A DNA stretch of 64,000 bases. It comes from Candidatus Hodarchaeota archaeon (GTDB taxonomy: Archaea; Asgardarchaeota; Heimdallarchaeia; Hodarchaeales; Hodarchaeaceae). The position numbers were made by a program, and so were the translations under genes. The DNA lies in the NCBI GenBank assembly GCA_048887065.1, contig JBHLKC010000001.1, positions 1,264 through 65,263 of the forward strand, given 5' to 3'. The notes beneath the pieces were generated by a model that was not told the origin of the DNA, did not search any database, and saw nothing but the letters and a program-made list of their open reading frames with translations. Below are positions 49,193 through 59,521 of the stretch, piece by piece (within the stretch, counting starts at the first letter, position 1; every line of letters begins with the position of its first letter).

Positions 49193-50512
49193 ATGAATCA
49201 AGAAGAAAAATTAGTCAGCCAGAGTAAGTGGAGTGGCAAGCGAGTTGTGTTACTCTACTGGTTCTCAATCGCTTTCTTGGGAACAGCTGCTGCTGCTGGT
49301 CTAGGTGCTGGTGTTTTAAATCCTAAATATTCCTTCGATGCAGTACAAATGGACCATAGCAGTATAACTGATCCCTGGGGACCACAAGATTGTACTGGTG
49401 CTTATTGTCACAATGACTCGGTTGACACTTGGAATGAAACTGGACATGCTCATGCTGCTGTTCCTTTCACTAATACTACTGGTGATTTTGTGGAAATAGC
49501 AGGTTCGAGGAATGTTACACGTGCCCAATTTGACTCAAGTTGTGGGCATTGTATGGCAACAGGATGGGACAATTCCACTGGAACTGTCACCTACTGGGAT
49601 TTTGGAGTAACTTGTGCAGCCTGTCACGAGCCAGGTGTAATAAATTATACTGCAGCAAGTTGTGGGAACTGCCACACTGGAAGTCACCACCCTCAATATC
49701 CAGATTACCAAAAGAGTGCACATTCTCAATCAATGGATGATTTGCTGGCAAGCGATCACGCGGGTGACCACTGTCTTCATTGCATGTCTGGACAAGGGCT
49801 ATATGCAGAAGAAGAGTTATCGCTTGATGATACCTTCTTAACTTCGATTAACTGTGCTACCTGTCACGATCCCCATGATGCGACAAATTCAACTCAACTA
49901 CGAGAAGCAGATGTGACCGATCTCTGTGGTGAGTGTCATAGTGGAGGTCGCCATGGATCTCTAGATATGCTAACCGATACAGAAACTACAAGTGCTCATG
50001 GATACATTGATTGTACCTCGTGCCATGGTTACCAGCTTGACAGTTACGGTGAAGCAGGTGTGAATCATACTTGGGCTGTGACAACGGATGGATGCTCAAC
50101 ATGTCATTCAAACCCCACCGAACGATGGACTCTGATGGAGGATATCCAAGGCGATATCACTGCACTAATGGACGAATACGAGACTCTATATGAGAATGTC
50201 ACTAAAAAAGTCGATGAAGCCAACGAAACAGCAGGCGTAGATGAAGCCTTGATCAATGATTCTTTCGATTTAATCGCTGAAGCTGAAGCACTTTTCATTG
50301 CAGTTGATGGTGACGGAAGCGAAGGTTTCCACAATCCTGACTTAGCTGAAGCAAAACTCAAATTGGCTCTAACAAAGCTGGATGAGGCTTATGCTAAAGC
50401 TGAAGAGGCTGTAGCTGGTGGTGGTGACGTTCCTGGATTTGAAGTATTCACAGTCTTAGCAGCGATTAGTGTTCTAGCTGTAGGAGTTCTTCTCTACAAG
50501 AAAAGACGCTAA
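49193..50512 (+). CDS. surface-anchored multiheme c-type cytochrome with PGF-CTERM archaeal sorting signal
   Basis: Six canonical CxxCH motifs (CAACH, CGNCH, CATCH, CGECH, CTSCH, CSTCH), one CX4CH (CTGAYCH) and two CxxCM. N-terminal signal/TM. More than 10 N-x-S/T sequons. Ala/Glu-rich linker, then VPGFEVFTVLAAISVLAVGVLLYKKRR (PGF motif + TM + basic tail). The track ORF starts at 49025, but the ATG at 49193 precedes the signal peptide. Confidence 0.8.
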   Translation: MNQEEKLVSQSKWSGKRVVLLYWFSIAFLGTAAAAGLGAGVLNPKYSFDAVQMDHSSITDPWGPQDCTGAYCHNDSVDTWNETGHAHAAVPFTNTTGDFVEIAGSRNVTRAQFDSSCGHCMATGWDNSTGTVTYWDFGVTCAACHEPGVINYTAASCGNCHTGSHHPQYPDYQKSAHSQSMDDLLASDHAGDHCLHCMSGQGLYAEEELSLDDTFLTSINCATCHDPHDATNSTQLREADVTDLCGECHSGGRHGSLDMLTDTETTSAHGYIDCTSCHGYQLDSYGEAGVNHTWAVTTDGCSTCHSNPTERWTLMEDIQGDITALMDEYETLYENVTKKVDEANETAGVDEALINDSFDLIAEAEALFIAVDGDGSEGFHNPDLAEAKLKLALTKLDEAYAKAEEAVAGGGDVPGFEVFTVLAAISVLAVGVLLYKKRR

Positions 50513-50552
50513 AAACTACCAGAGGACGAAAAAGGCATCACCTTAAAATATA

Positions 50553-50597
50553 AAGCAATGTAATGTAATTATATTGCTTTTTAATTCCTTTTTTTTA
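50553..50597 (+). terminator. hairpin plus oligo-T putative transcription terminator downstream of the cytochrome gene
   Basis: Inverted repeat aagcaat / attgctt flanks a 13-nt loop, followed by T-runs (ttttt ... tttttttt). Archaeal termination typically uses oligo-T. Confidence 0.35.
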
Positions 50598-50972
50598 TTA
50601 GTTGGGAGGCAGAGGTATGTAGAATATTACTTTGTATTATGAGGTTTCTTTCATGCAATTTCTCGATAATTCAGAATGTTAAGATCTTTAATTTAGTGTT
50701 AGAACAGAAATAAAAAAATCGATTCTATGAGATTAATTGACATTTTAATAATTGTATTAAACCTGATTTGCTTACAGGTTTTGAATTGATTATGGTGTCA
50801 TTTTTATGGAAGGGACTTTTATTAAAACTTCTTTCTGTATTTCTCCCTACAAACAATAAGAATTTACCTATCTAATCCTGTAACTAGAACGTTTGGGTTT
50901 TCTGAAAAAAAATTACCGTGTGTTTATTACCAAAAATTATACCTAGAATATTGTTAAGGGTTATTACTTAAT

Positions 50973-51404
50973 CTATTTTTGGCATACACACGGTAGAGAA
51001 ACACAATCAGATAGGATTGGCTGAATCCCTGAGAGATTAATTTCGTTCTCAGTAATTGTTCCATTTAATGCTTTGCTCGTTAGTTCCAAGAATCTGTCAG
51101 TTTCGTCTATCCCTAATTTTGTAAGACTGGGGAAGAGCTTAGTTTCAATCTCTCGTAGATCGCAAGCTGTTTCACAGATAGAGTAACACCCGCTTTCAAT
51201 TTTGTTTCGTGTCATTCTGAGTTGTTGTAGAAGATCATTGGGTATTTTATCACCGTTCTTATATATTCTCCCAATTGTAGAGGCCATTACTGCCCATTTC
51301 CAGCCAAATTTAGAAAGCATCTCTTCTAATTCAGCTTTAGATTTGCTTTTCTCCATTCTTTGTCCAAATTCAGATCTAGTTTGCACTCTCATTTTTATCT
51401 CCAT
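50973..51404 (-). CDS. hypothetical Cys-containing protein
   Basis: 143-aa ORF flanked by long non-coding spacers. No recognised motif. Confidence 0.3.
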   Translation of the reverse strand: MEIKMRVQTRSEFGQRMEKSKSKAELEEMLSKFGWKWAVMASTIGRIYKNGDKIPNDLLQQLRMTRNKIESGCYSICETACDLREIETKLFPSLTKLGIDETDRFLELTSKALNGTITENEINLSGIQPILSDCVSLPCVCQK

Positions 51405-51726
51405 TTTCTAAGAGGATCAAAATGTATTGAATATACGAACTTTTTAGTTTATAAATTTTTTTTATTTTTTAAATATTTATTAAATAGAGGAATATTATTA
51501 ATTTTTTAACTAAAAAAGTTAAAAATCAATTACACAAGTTTCACACCGCCTTGTCCACGTGCAATAATTAGCCTTGGTAATTGTATTTTATATTTCAGAG
51601 CTTTAACTCTTCAATTTTCTACAGGAAGAAACGCTAAAAACTAGTTGAGTATCTTAGTGAAGCAAAATGTCCAAAATGCTTTACATATTCCTTTTTTTCT
51701 TTTTTACTTGAATATTGATATGAATA

Positions 51727-52416
51727 TTATTCTGTTATCAATTCATCGATAAACAAGAGTATCAATACTAAGACAATGATTGCATGAAGGAAAAGAAGAA
51801 ATGCATTGATTACAACTGAAGTTGGATCATAATAGAATGTTAAATTTCTTGTAGCCTCTGCAGCAATAATAATGGATGGGAGAATTAATGGGAAAAACAG
51901 AATCGGAATGGCTAAAGTTTTAGATTTAGCATAAATTGTCAAGAAAGACACAATACAACCAGCAACAACTAGATCGATTGTCCCAATTGCCAAAACAAAA
52001 CAAAAGAGTAACAAGTCTCCTTGAACATTAATTTCTAAGAAGATTATAGCCATAGTAAATGCGAATACCTCGACAACTGCCAAAATAACTCCTAAATACA
52101 AGAGTTTTGCCAAAAAAATTGCTTGAGGTTTAATCGACAACGAAAGGAGTGAATATATTGAATTTTTCCTCATTTCCCGTGAAAAGACCGAATTGAGACC
52201 TAGCATGACAGTAAAGGCAATTATAAACCACATTGATGCTGTAGAAATTGTATACTTTGCTTCAAGAGATATATTCTCAATGAGATTAAAGAGAGTAGAA
52301 AATATAAGTACAGAGGCTAAAGAAAAAAGGCCCATTGAAAAAAGAGTCTCTTTTGTCCTAAATTCTAGAATTAAATCCTTTTTTGCTATATTAAAGGTGT
52401 CAAGAATAATTGACAT
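51727..52416 (-). CDS. ABC-2-type permease, putative heme exporter protein B (CcmB-like)
   Basis: 229 aa with 6 TM helices, immediately downstream of the ABC ATPase in an operon with ccmC. The CcmB assignment is contextual. Confidence 0.5.
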   Translation of the reverse strand: MSIILDTFNIAKKDLILEFRTKETLFSMGLFSLASVLIFSTLFNLIENISLEAKYTISTASMWFIIAFTVMLGLNSVFSREMRKNSIYSLLSLSIKPQAIFLAKLLYLGVILAVVEVFAFTMAIIFLEINVQGDLLLFCFVLAIGTIDLVVAGCIVSFLTIYAKSKTLAIPILFFPLILPSIIIAAEATRNLTFYYDPTSVVINAFLLFLHAIIVLVLILLFIDELITE

Positions 52417-52439
52417 TATTGATCCACAATTAAATAATA

Positions 52440-53201
52440 TTAATTCTTGTTTTTCAAGAAAAAATCATATTCAGAAGGAATGAGTACTTTCGTGATCCCA
52501 CCATTTTCGAGATAAAACACTCTACTGCACAAGCGAGCTATTGTACGAAAATTATGTGAACAAATGATAACTGTTCGATCTGCCTGTCGTTTCGTAATGA
52601 GCTGATTCAAGAATTTTTTATTCTCTACATCTAAACCACTAAAAGGTTCATCAAGGAGAAGCAATTTAGGCAAAGTAGGTAATAAAACCCTTAAAATTTC
52701 CAGTTTTTTAGCCATGCCAGTAGAGAGTTCATGTGCGGGTCTGTCAATATATAATTTGAGATTATACTGTTTTACTGCTTCATTAATAATCTCATTAGTA
52801 TTTTTTGTACGTTTATTCATTTTGAGATAATATTCAAGATTTTCACGTCCAGTAAGATCCTCATAAAAGAATGAATGGCTTAATAACACTCCAATATCCT
52901 TTTTCAAGAGATGATATTTTTCCTTAGCTTCTGTACCAAAAATTTTGATGCTACCTGAAGAAGGGGTAACCAGAAGGGATATAATTTTTAGAAGTGTGCT
53001 CTTTCCAGCTCCATTATGTCCAATAAATCCTATTGTTTCTCCTTCTTCTATTTTCAGATGAATTTTCTTTAAAGCAGTCGTAAAACCATAAATTTTGCTA
53101 ACATTTGTCAATTCAACAGCTGGCAGATTGTTCTGCATACCAACGCTCATCTCAAAGCACCATTTAACCTCAATGCTCCCTGTATATGGAAAAAAGGTCA
53201 T
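52440..53201 (-). CDS. ABC transporter ATP-binding protein, putative CcmA
   Basis: Walker A GHNGAGKST, signature LSTGMAKK, Walker B LLLDEPFSGLD. Confidence 0.8.
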   Translation of the reverse strand: MTFFPYTGSIEVKWCFEMSVGMQNNLPAVELTNVSKIYGFTTALKKIHLKIEEGETIGFIGHNGAGKSTLLKIISLLVTPSSGSIKIFGTEAKEKYHLLKKDIGVLLSHSFFYEDLTGRENLEYYLKMNKRTKNTNEIINEAVKQYNLKLYIDRPAHELSTGMAKKLEILRVLLPTLPKLLLLDEPFSGLDVENKKFLNQLITKRQADRTVIICSHNFRTIARLCSRVFYLENGGITKVLIPSEYDFFLKNKN

Positions 53202-53232
53202 ATGAAAATCTTAAAATCCTCAGACTCCAATA

Positions 53233-53391
53233 TTACTCCTTTAAACTGTCTAATTCACGTTCTAATTTCTTCAACTTATTAACAGTATAATAGAGATAGA
53301 GAAAAATCAGTATCCATGCAGCAATAGAAACAAAAAACATCAAATTTAATTCAGAACCAAGAATTTCATCAAATATGTCAGTTACAGCCAT
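53233..53391 (-). CDS. small single-TM protein, CcmD-like (not in ORF track; 52 aa)
   Basis: My own translation: MAVTDIFDEILGSELNLMFFVSIAAWILIFLYLYYTVNKLKKLERELDSLKE. One TM helix plus a charged tail. Lies between ccmC and the ABC ATPase, where ccmD sits in ccm operons. Confidence 0.4.
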   Translation of the reverse strand: MAVTDIFDEILGSELNLMFFVSIAAWILIFLYLYYTVNKLKKLERELDSLKE

Positions 53392-53425
53392 TATGTTAAC
53401 CTCCGATTAAATTGTATTTGAAGAT

Positions 53426-54154
53426 TCAATCTTCCTCCATTCTTTGTTTTCTTAATTTTTTTAAAGCAAAATCCATTTTATTGAGTTTATACGCTTGATA
53501 GATCAGAATTAAGGCCAATATTCCAATAAATAAAAAGTTTAACATTAAGAACATGCCTGCCCCAGTGCTATAACTTGTTTGTTGAGGATTAGGATGTAAG
53601 ACTCCAACTATAACATATGATAGGGGTACAGAGACGAATGCTACAATTCCAAATACTGCTGAAATCGTTGCCTTTCTTTCGTGATTTTCGACTTCTATCA
53701 TATCTCGAAAGATTAGAAGGCCAACATATATGAGCCACATAACTAAGGTTATTGTCTCACGATCATTCCAATCCCAAAAAGTACCCCATTCAACTTTTGC
53801 CCAAATCATTCCAACAATGATCGTTATTGCTCCAAGTACAACACCGACCTGAGCACTTGAAACGAGAATAAGATCTAATCTCAAATCTTTTTTCCATAAT
53901 AAGAAAAGAATTCCGCAAATAAGAGCAATTCCAAAGCAGAAGTATGTTGAAAAAGCGAATGGAACCATATAGAATATTGGTTTACCACTTACTATAAAAC
54001 CCTGAAAAGGTTTTAATGAGATATAGACCATATAATAATTAAAAGTGATAAAACCCAATCCAATAATGAAAAATATCTGAGTCTTGTATGGGATTTTTCG
54101 CCAAATTTTATCCATGATAAAATCCGTATAAGGCTTAAGAATTTCCGGACTCAA
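53426..54154 (-). CDS. ccmC: heme exporter protein C (CcmC) with WWD domain
   Basis: Tryptophan-rich WWD signature VEWGTFWDWNDRE, conserved His in flanking loops, 6 TM helices. 242 aa. Confidence 0.75.
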   Translation of the reverse strand: MSPEILKPYTDFIMDKIWRKIPYKTQIFFIIGLGFITFNYYMVYISLKPFQGFIVSGKPIFYMVPFAFSTYFCFGIALICGILFLLWKKDLRLDLILVSSAQVGVVLGAITIIVGMIWAKVEWGTFWDWNDRETITLVMWLIYVGLLIFRDMIEVENHERKATISAVFGIVAFVSVPLSYVIVGVLHPNPQQTSYSTGAGMFLMLNFLFIGILALILIYQAYKLNKMDFALKKLRKQRMEED

Positions 54155-54345
54155 CGCTGATTCTCCAATTGATAATTTAGAATTACCATTTCCTAATGAT
54201 TCAATATTATTAAATAGGTATAACTGCGGTTAACAGAAAAATTTCTATAAGCTAAAAATAGTTTCTACATACAAATTGCTAATTTGAATCATCACTTGGA
54301 ATATTAATAATTCCTCTTTTTTAATCTAAATCGAGAGGATTTTCG

Positions 54346-56172
54346 TTGCATGTTTTGAAACATTTATTGTATTATATTTCACAACGAAAATCATTAGCAT
54401 TTGGTGTTTTAATATTCATATTTGTTGCCCAAATTGCTGAATTAACCATACCTCTACTTGTTGGTTCAGTTATTGATCAAATTCTGCTATCTTTAACCGA
54501 AGATCGTTTCCAAATCTCTATAATCCTCTCTGGAGTCTTGTTGATTCTTATTGCAAGCATTATTCGTGGAATTACCTACTTTTTTGCGAGATGGATTGGT
54601 TACGTTCAAGGAGAAGGGATAATTTATGATATAAGACAGGATTTGTTTGAAAAATATGAAACATCCAGTATTTCATTTTTCGATAAACATCATACTGGCG
54701 ACCTTATGGCTCGTGCAACAACAGATTTAGAACCAATTTCGGAATTTTTGGTGTGGGGGGAACGAATACTAGTTCAGGCAGGTTTAACTTATATAGGGAT
54801 ATATTTAGTCTTGTTATTAGTTAATATTCAGTTATTTCTTCTTATAGCAATTGTTACCCCCTTGTTATTCATTCTTGCGTATTTTGTGTCAACAAAACTA
54901 GGACCTCTCTTCTTTGATATCCGAACTCAGTATGGTAAGTTAACCACCGTAATTCAAGAAAATATCTCAGGAACACAGATTGTTAAAGCATTTAATGCAG
55001 AAGATAGGGAGAAGAAAAAATTCGATCAAGAGAATCTAGGGTACATGGCCTTACGAGCTTACGCATTTAAAATTAGATCGATTTTTTTACCAATGTTCAT
55101 GTTTCTTGTCCATCTATTAGTAACCATTCTTATTTTTTCGGGAGGATACTTAGTTATCCAAAACGAGATTAGTCCTGGGTCTTTAATTACTCTATTCATG
55201 TACTTCACGATGCTTAGTATGCCCACTAGATTCTTAGCTTTTGCTTTAATAATGTATCAACGAGTTTCTGCGGCTGGTGATAGAGTATTTACATTAATTG
55301 AAACTCCAGCTGATTTAACAGAGCCAATAGATGCGAAAATCTTCCCTACAGACATAACTCCTAGTATTATTTTCGAAAAAGTCTCATTTAAGTACAACAA
55401 AAGGAAAGCTTTGTCAAAAATTTCATTGATAATTAAACCTGGTGAAAAAGTAGCTATCCTTGGCCCAACAGGATCAGGAAAGAGCACTTTAATTTCACTT
55501 ATTCCTAGATTTTATGATCCGACTGAAGGTCGTATTAGTGTAGAAGCTAGTCCTAATGAAGTATATAATCTAAAAGAGTTAAACCTCAAGAACTGGCGTG
55601 AAAGAATTGGTTATGTACATCAAGAACCATTTTTATTTGGCCGAACTATCGCTGAGAATATTATGTTCGGTATTCCCCAGGCTACATCAGAACAAGTTAA
55701 TGAAGTAATAAAAATCGCTCAATTAGATGATTTTATTGGGGAATTACCAGAGGGAGTGAACACCCTTGTTGGTGAGAGGGGAGTAACTCTGTCAGGAGGT
55801 CAGAAACAACGTGTTGCTATAGCCCGGATGTTATTGAGAAAAAAAAGAATTATGATTCTTGATGATGCTACTTCAGCATTGGATATCTCGACCGAAACTA
55901 AATTTCAAGAAGCATTTGAAAATTTTCTCGCAAAAGATTCTCGTAAACATACCCTCATTCTGATTACTCAAAGATTAAGTACTTTGAAAATAGTTGATAG
56001 GATTATTATAATGAACCAAGGTCAAATTATAGAACAGGGCTCCCATGAAGAGTTATTAGAAAAGGGTTTGATTTATCCTCTTCTTTGGAAAACTCAGGAA
56101 GCGGGGATGGTTGATATAAAACTAGCCTTGGAAAAGATTGTTCAGGAGAGTGATTTGGCTGAGCCAAACTGA
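54346..56172 (+). CDS. ABC exporter, fused permease + ATPase (ABCB/MsbA type), subunit 1 of a heterodimer
   Basis: 6-TM domain, Walker A GPTGSGKST, signature LSGGQKQR, Walker B ILDDATSALD. Confidence 0.85.
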   Translation: MHVLKHLLYYISQRKSLAFGVLIFIFVAQIAELTIPLLVGSVIDQILLSLTEDRFQISIILSGVLLILIASIIRGITYFFARWIGYVQGEGIIYDIRQDLFEKYETSSISFFDKHHTGDLMARATTDLEPISEFLVWGERILVQAGLTYIGIYLVLLLVNIQLFLLIAIVTPLLFILAYFVSTKLGPLFFDIRTQYGKLTTVIQENISGTQIVKAFNAEDREKKKFDQENLGYMALRAYAFKIRSIFLPMFMFLVHLLVTILIFSGGYLVIQNEISPGSLITLFMYFTMLSMPTRFLAFALIMYQRVSAAGDRVFTLIETPADLTEPIDAKIFPTDITPSIIFEKVSFKYNKRKALSKISLIIKPGEKVAILGPTGSGKSTLISLIPRFYDPTEGRISVEASPNEVYNLKELNLKNWRERIGYVHQEPFLFGRTIAENIMFGIPQATSEQVNEVIKIAQLDDFIGELPEGVNTLVGERGVTLSGGQKQRVAIARMLLRKKRIMILDDATSALDISTETKFQEAFENFLAKDSRKHTLILITQRLSTLKIVDRIIIMNQGQIIEQGSHEELLEKGLIYPLLWKTQEAGMVDIKLALEKIVQESDLAEPN

Positions 56173-57934
56173 AGACCAAAGAGATCGCTTGAGTCGTGAG
56201 TATTCAGATTGGGAATTATTTAAAAGATTAATTGGTTATACTCGACCACATTGGTTTGTATTTGTGACTGCTATGGGTGCAATGTTTCTATCTACTATTT
56301 TCTCAGTTATTCAACCATTAATACTTCTAAGAGCTATTGATGATTATATACTTCCTAAAGATGTTGAAGGTTTGGGTCTTGTAGCAATTCAATATTTTAT
56401 GGTTGCACTAATCGCGTTTCTATTAAGTGTGATTGCTACCTATTTTACTACCATAACAGGTCTGAAGATTATTACGCAGATTCGTCAAGAAACATTTTAC
56501 AAACTTCAAACCTTAAGTATGGATTATTATGACAAAGAAGCAACAGGTAGAATTATCTCTAGGGTTACTAATGATGTGGAAAGGTTACTTAACTTGCTTT
56601 CAACAGGGATCATCGACGCTATAATCAATAGTATATTTCTTGGTGTTTTGTTTATCGTTTTACTCTATTTAGATGTACGCCTAACTATCACTGTTTTGAT
56701 CTTCTTTCCAATTTTAGCAGTTTTTATAATTTATTTCCGAATCAAAGCACGTTCAGCATGGCAACAAACAAGGAGAACTCTAGCAAAAGTGACTGGATAT
56801 TATCAAGAAGCTATTTCAGGGATTGAAGTCTCGAAAGCATTTGTAGCAGAGGATTTTATGACTAACGAATTTGAAATCCTTAATCTAGAGAATTATCAAG
56901 CCCGGATGAAAGCACTTATCTTGTTTGCAGTAATGTTTCCCATCATGGATATGATTCTAGCCATAGGAACTGCCATAGTTCTTACTGTTGGCGGCTATTC
57001 GATTGGAACCCAAACAATGTCTATTGGAACACTAGTGGCTTTTATTTCATATCTAGGAAGAATATCTCAACCGATAATGATTCTATCAAATTTCTATAAC
57101 AATTTATTAAGTGCAATGGCTGCAACTGAAAGAATCTTTGATATCCTAGACAAAACTCCTGGGGTTATTCCTCTTGATGAGCAATCCTTGCCTGAAGTTG
57201 AAGGGACTATTGAATTTCAAAACGTTACATTTGCTTATGATCACGAATCTGATCCTGTCCTCAAGGATTTTCAGTTAACAATTCCTGCTAATGGGACATA
57301 TGCCCTTGTTGGCCATACAGGTGCTGGAAAAACAACAATAACAAACCTACTTTGCCGTTTTTATGATTTTAATCACGGAAAAATTCTGGTTGATGGTAAT
57401 GATATACGAAATCTTAATCTTCAAAACTATCGTAATTGGATTTCAATCATTCCTCAAGATTCATTTCTCTTTTCTGGATCAATAAGAGAAAATCTCCTGT
57501 ATGGAAAACCTGATGCATCTGTTCAGGAAATCGAACAGGCCCTTCTCAGGGTTGGTGCTTTCGATTTCGTGATGAGTAAAGGATTAGATGCTGAAGTTGG
57601 TGAACGAGGGACGAGACTATCGATGGGGGAACGCCAATTACTCTGTTTTGCAAGAGCAATTATTTCAAATCCAAAGATTTTATTACTAGATGAAGCAACA
57701 TCCTCAGTTGATGCACATACTGAATTAGTAATTCAACAAAGTTTACATCATATTATACGAAATCGGACTGCAATAATAATAGCCCATCGACTTAGCACGG
57801 TTCGAGCTGTAGATAGAATAATTGTGTTAAAGGAAGGGAAAATTGTTGAACAAGGCTCTTTTCAAGAATTACTAGAAATTAAGGGCATATTTGCTGATTT
57901 ATATGATAAACAATTTGCTGGCCAAGAGATATAA
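56138..57934 (+). CDS. ABC exporter, fused permease + ATPase, subunit 2
   Basis: Walker A GHTGAGKTT, signature LSMGERQ, Walker B LLLDEATSSVD. 35-nt overlap with subunit 1. Confidence 0.85.
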   Translation: MFRRVIWLSQTEDQRDRLSREYSDWELFKRLIGYTRPHWFVFVTAMGAMFLSTIFSVIQPLILLRAIDDYILPKDVEGLGLVAIQYFMVALIAFLLSVIATYFTTITGLKIITQIRQETFYKLQTLSMDYYDKEATGRIISRVTNDVERLLNLLSTGIIDAIINSIFLGVLFIVLLYLDVRLTITVLIFFPILAVFIIYFRIKARSAWQQTRRTLAKVTGYYQEAISGIEVSKAFVAEDFMTNEFEILNLENYQARMKALILFAVMFPIMDMILAIGTAIVLTVGGYSIGTQTMSIGTLVAFISYLGRISQPIMILSNFYNNLLSAMAATERIFDILDKTPGVIPLDEQSLPEVEGTIEFQNVTFAYDHESDPVLKDFQLTIPANGTYALVGHTGAGKTTITNLLCRFYDFNHGKILVDGNDIRNLNLQNYRNWISIIPQDSFLFSGSIRENLLYGKPDASVQEIEQALLRVGAFDFVMSKGLDAEVGERGTRLSMGERQLLCFARAIISNPKILLLDEATSSVDAHTELVIQQSLHHIIRNRTAIIIAHRLSTVRAVDRIIVLKEGKIVEQGSFQELLEIKGIFADLYDKQFAGQEI

Positions 57935-58002
57935 TATTTCATTTATTTGAGAATTCAATCTCAATTTAGGCTCTTTTTCTTAAAGTACCAGGTGATCTTC
58001 TA

Positions 58003-59361
58003 GTGACTCCAGATTCAGTTCCATCTAACTCTAGTAATACAAAAGAATCAGGTTCAACAGCGAATACTCGCGAGAAAGTTCCTATTTGGGGGACAAGTAT
58101 TGGGTGGGCTGCTGGAAGATCTTCTATTTTTGCTTTTCTGTCTTATTGGGGAGTAGTTCTAGGCGCTTCTCCTTTAGAACAATCCATTCTAACTTCGGTG
58201 AGAAATCTAGGATCTAATATTTTCCAATCAGTATGGGGTTGGTTAGCAGATCTCAAAGGACGGAAACTCGTCATCGTTATTGGGCTTACTACTCTGACGA
58301 TAACAACGTTTCTTTCCCCTTTTGCAAACAATCCTACTGAGCTTGTTCTAATTTCGTTAGTCATGACAACTGTTGGATTTAGTATTATTCCAGCATGGAA
58401 TGCTTTTTTGGGTGATTACTCATCTGAGCGTACTCGGGCTTCTTTTATAGGCAGAATTAACTCTGTAGGTACTCTAACTTCAATTGCAGTAATACTAATT
58501 GTCGGAATTTTGATGGATTTAAGCCCATTTCCGTTCCCTCGTGAGTCTATAGACTATGTTTTAAGTAAACCCGCTTTCTTTATTCCTTTTGTATTTGGAG
58601 CTTTGCTTTTTGGAATGACGATTGTTATTTCTTTCTTTCTAGTTGAAAAGTATGATGTAAAAGAAAGAATGGCAATTGACGAGGAACTCCGACCATCTTG
58701 GAGAACGCTAATTAATAGAAACAAGCCATTTCAACGACTCTTACCTTTAGATAGTTTTTTCAAATTTGCTATGAGCACTGCATGGCCAATATTCCCTTTT
58801 GTAACTCTTCGTGTTGCTGATTCCTGGTTTATGGTTTCACTTATGTGGGTGGTTTTTAACTTACCGAGAGGAATTGGTCAAAACTTTGGGGGAGCTCTAG
58901 CAGATAAATACAATAAGAAAATCATCATCATTTTGTCTCGACTTGGATATGCTGTTGTCCCATTAGGATATGCTTTAGGTTTAATTACTGGAAATGTATG
59001 GTTCTTAGTCTTAGTCAATATTCCTGGAGGTTTGGCATTCGGTGCCGAAGATACTGCTATTGCTACTTATTCTTTAGATTGTTCTACTGAAGAAACAAAA
59101 GCAAGATATTATTCAATGTTACTGACTGCTGAAGGAATTAGTGCTTTTATTGGTTCACTCTTTTCAGGTTTCGTTATGGATGTGTGGTTACGTATCTCTG
59201 GAATTAATTATGATAGTTCAGACTTTAATTTTGTTTTGTTTGTCATGTTAATGATAATTGCCTCTTTAAGATTAGTATCAGCTAGTTTACACAAATTCAT
59301 CTATAAAAATCCATTGGATTTTGATCTAGAGCAATTAATTTCGTTAAAAGAAAGTTCTTAA
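58003..59361 (+). CDS. MFS transporter
   Basis: 12 TM helices, motif A GWLADLKGRKLVIVIG. Confidence 0.75.
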   Translation: MTPDSVPSNSSNTKESGSTANTREKVPIWGTSIGWAAGRSSIFAFLSYWGVVLGASPLEQSILTSVRNLGSNIFQSVWGWLADLKGRKLVIVIGLTTLTITTFLSPFANNPTELVLISLVMTTVGFSIIPAWNAFLGDYSSERTRASFIGRINSVGTLTSIAVILIVGILMDLSPFPFPRESIDYVLSKPAFFIPFVFGALLFGMTIVISFFLVEKYDVKERMAIDEELRPSWRTLINRNKPFQRLLPLDSFFKFAMSTAWPIFPFVTLRVADSWFMVSLMWVVFNLPRGIGQNFGGALADKYNKKIIIILSRLGYAVVPLGYALGLITGNVWFLVLVNIPGGLAFGAEDTAIATYSLDCSTEETKARYYSMLLTAEGISAFIGSLFSGFVMDVWLRISGINYDSSDFNFVLFVMLMIIASLRLVSASLHKFIYKNPLDFDLEQLISLKESS

Positions 59362-59521
59362 TAGTGTAGATTAATCCACTATTATATATTTTTTTATTCT
59401 TCCTGTTTGAGAGAAATTCTTCGTATTATTACAATATTATGACTATCTATCAAGTACATTGCTATAATCCTAGTTAACTTAATTTCGCATTAATAAGATG
59501 AATACGGAGGCATAGTGTCGA

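Noticed and set aside
49193-50512. CGHCM and CLHCM treated as additional heme-binding sites
   Set aside because: CxxCM is not a canonical heme c attachment motif. Only the CxxCH sites (and tentatively the CX4CH) were counted.
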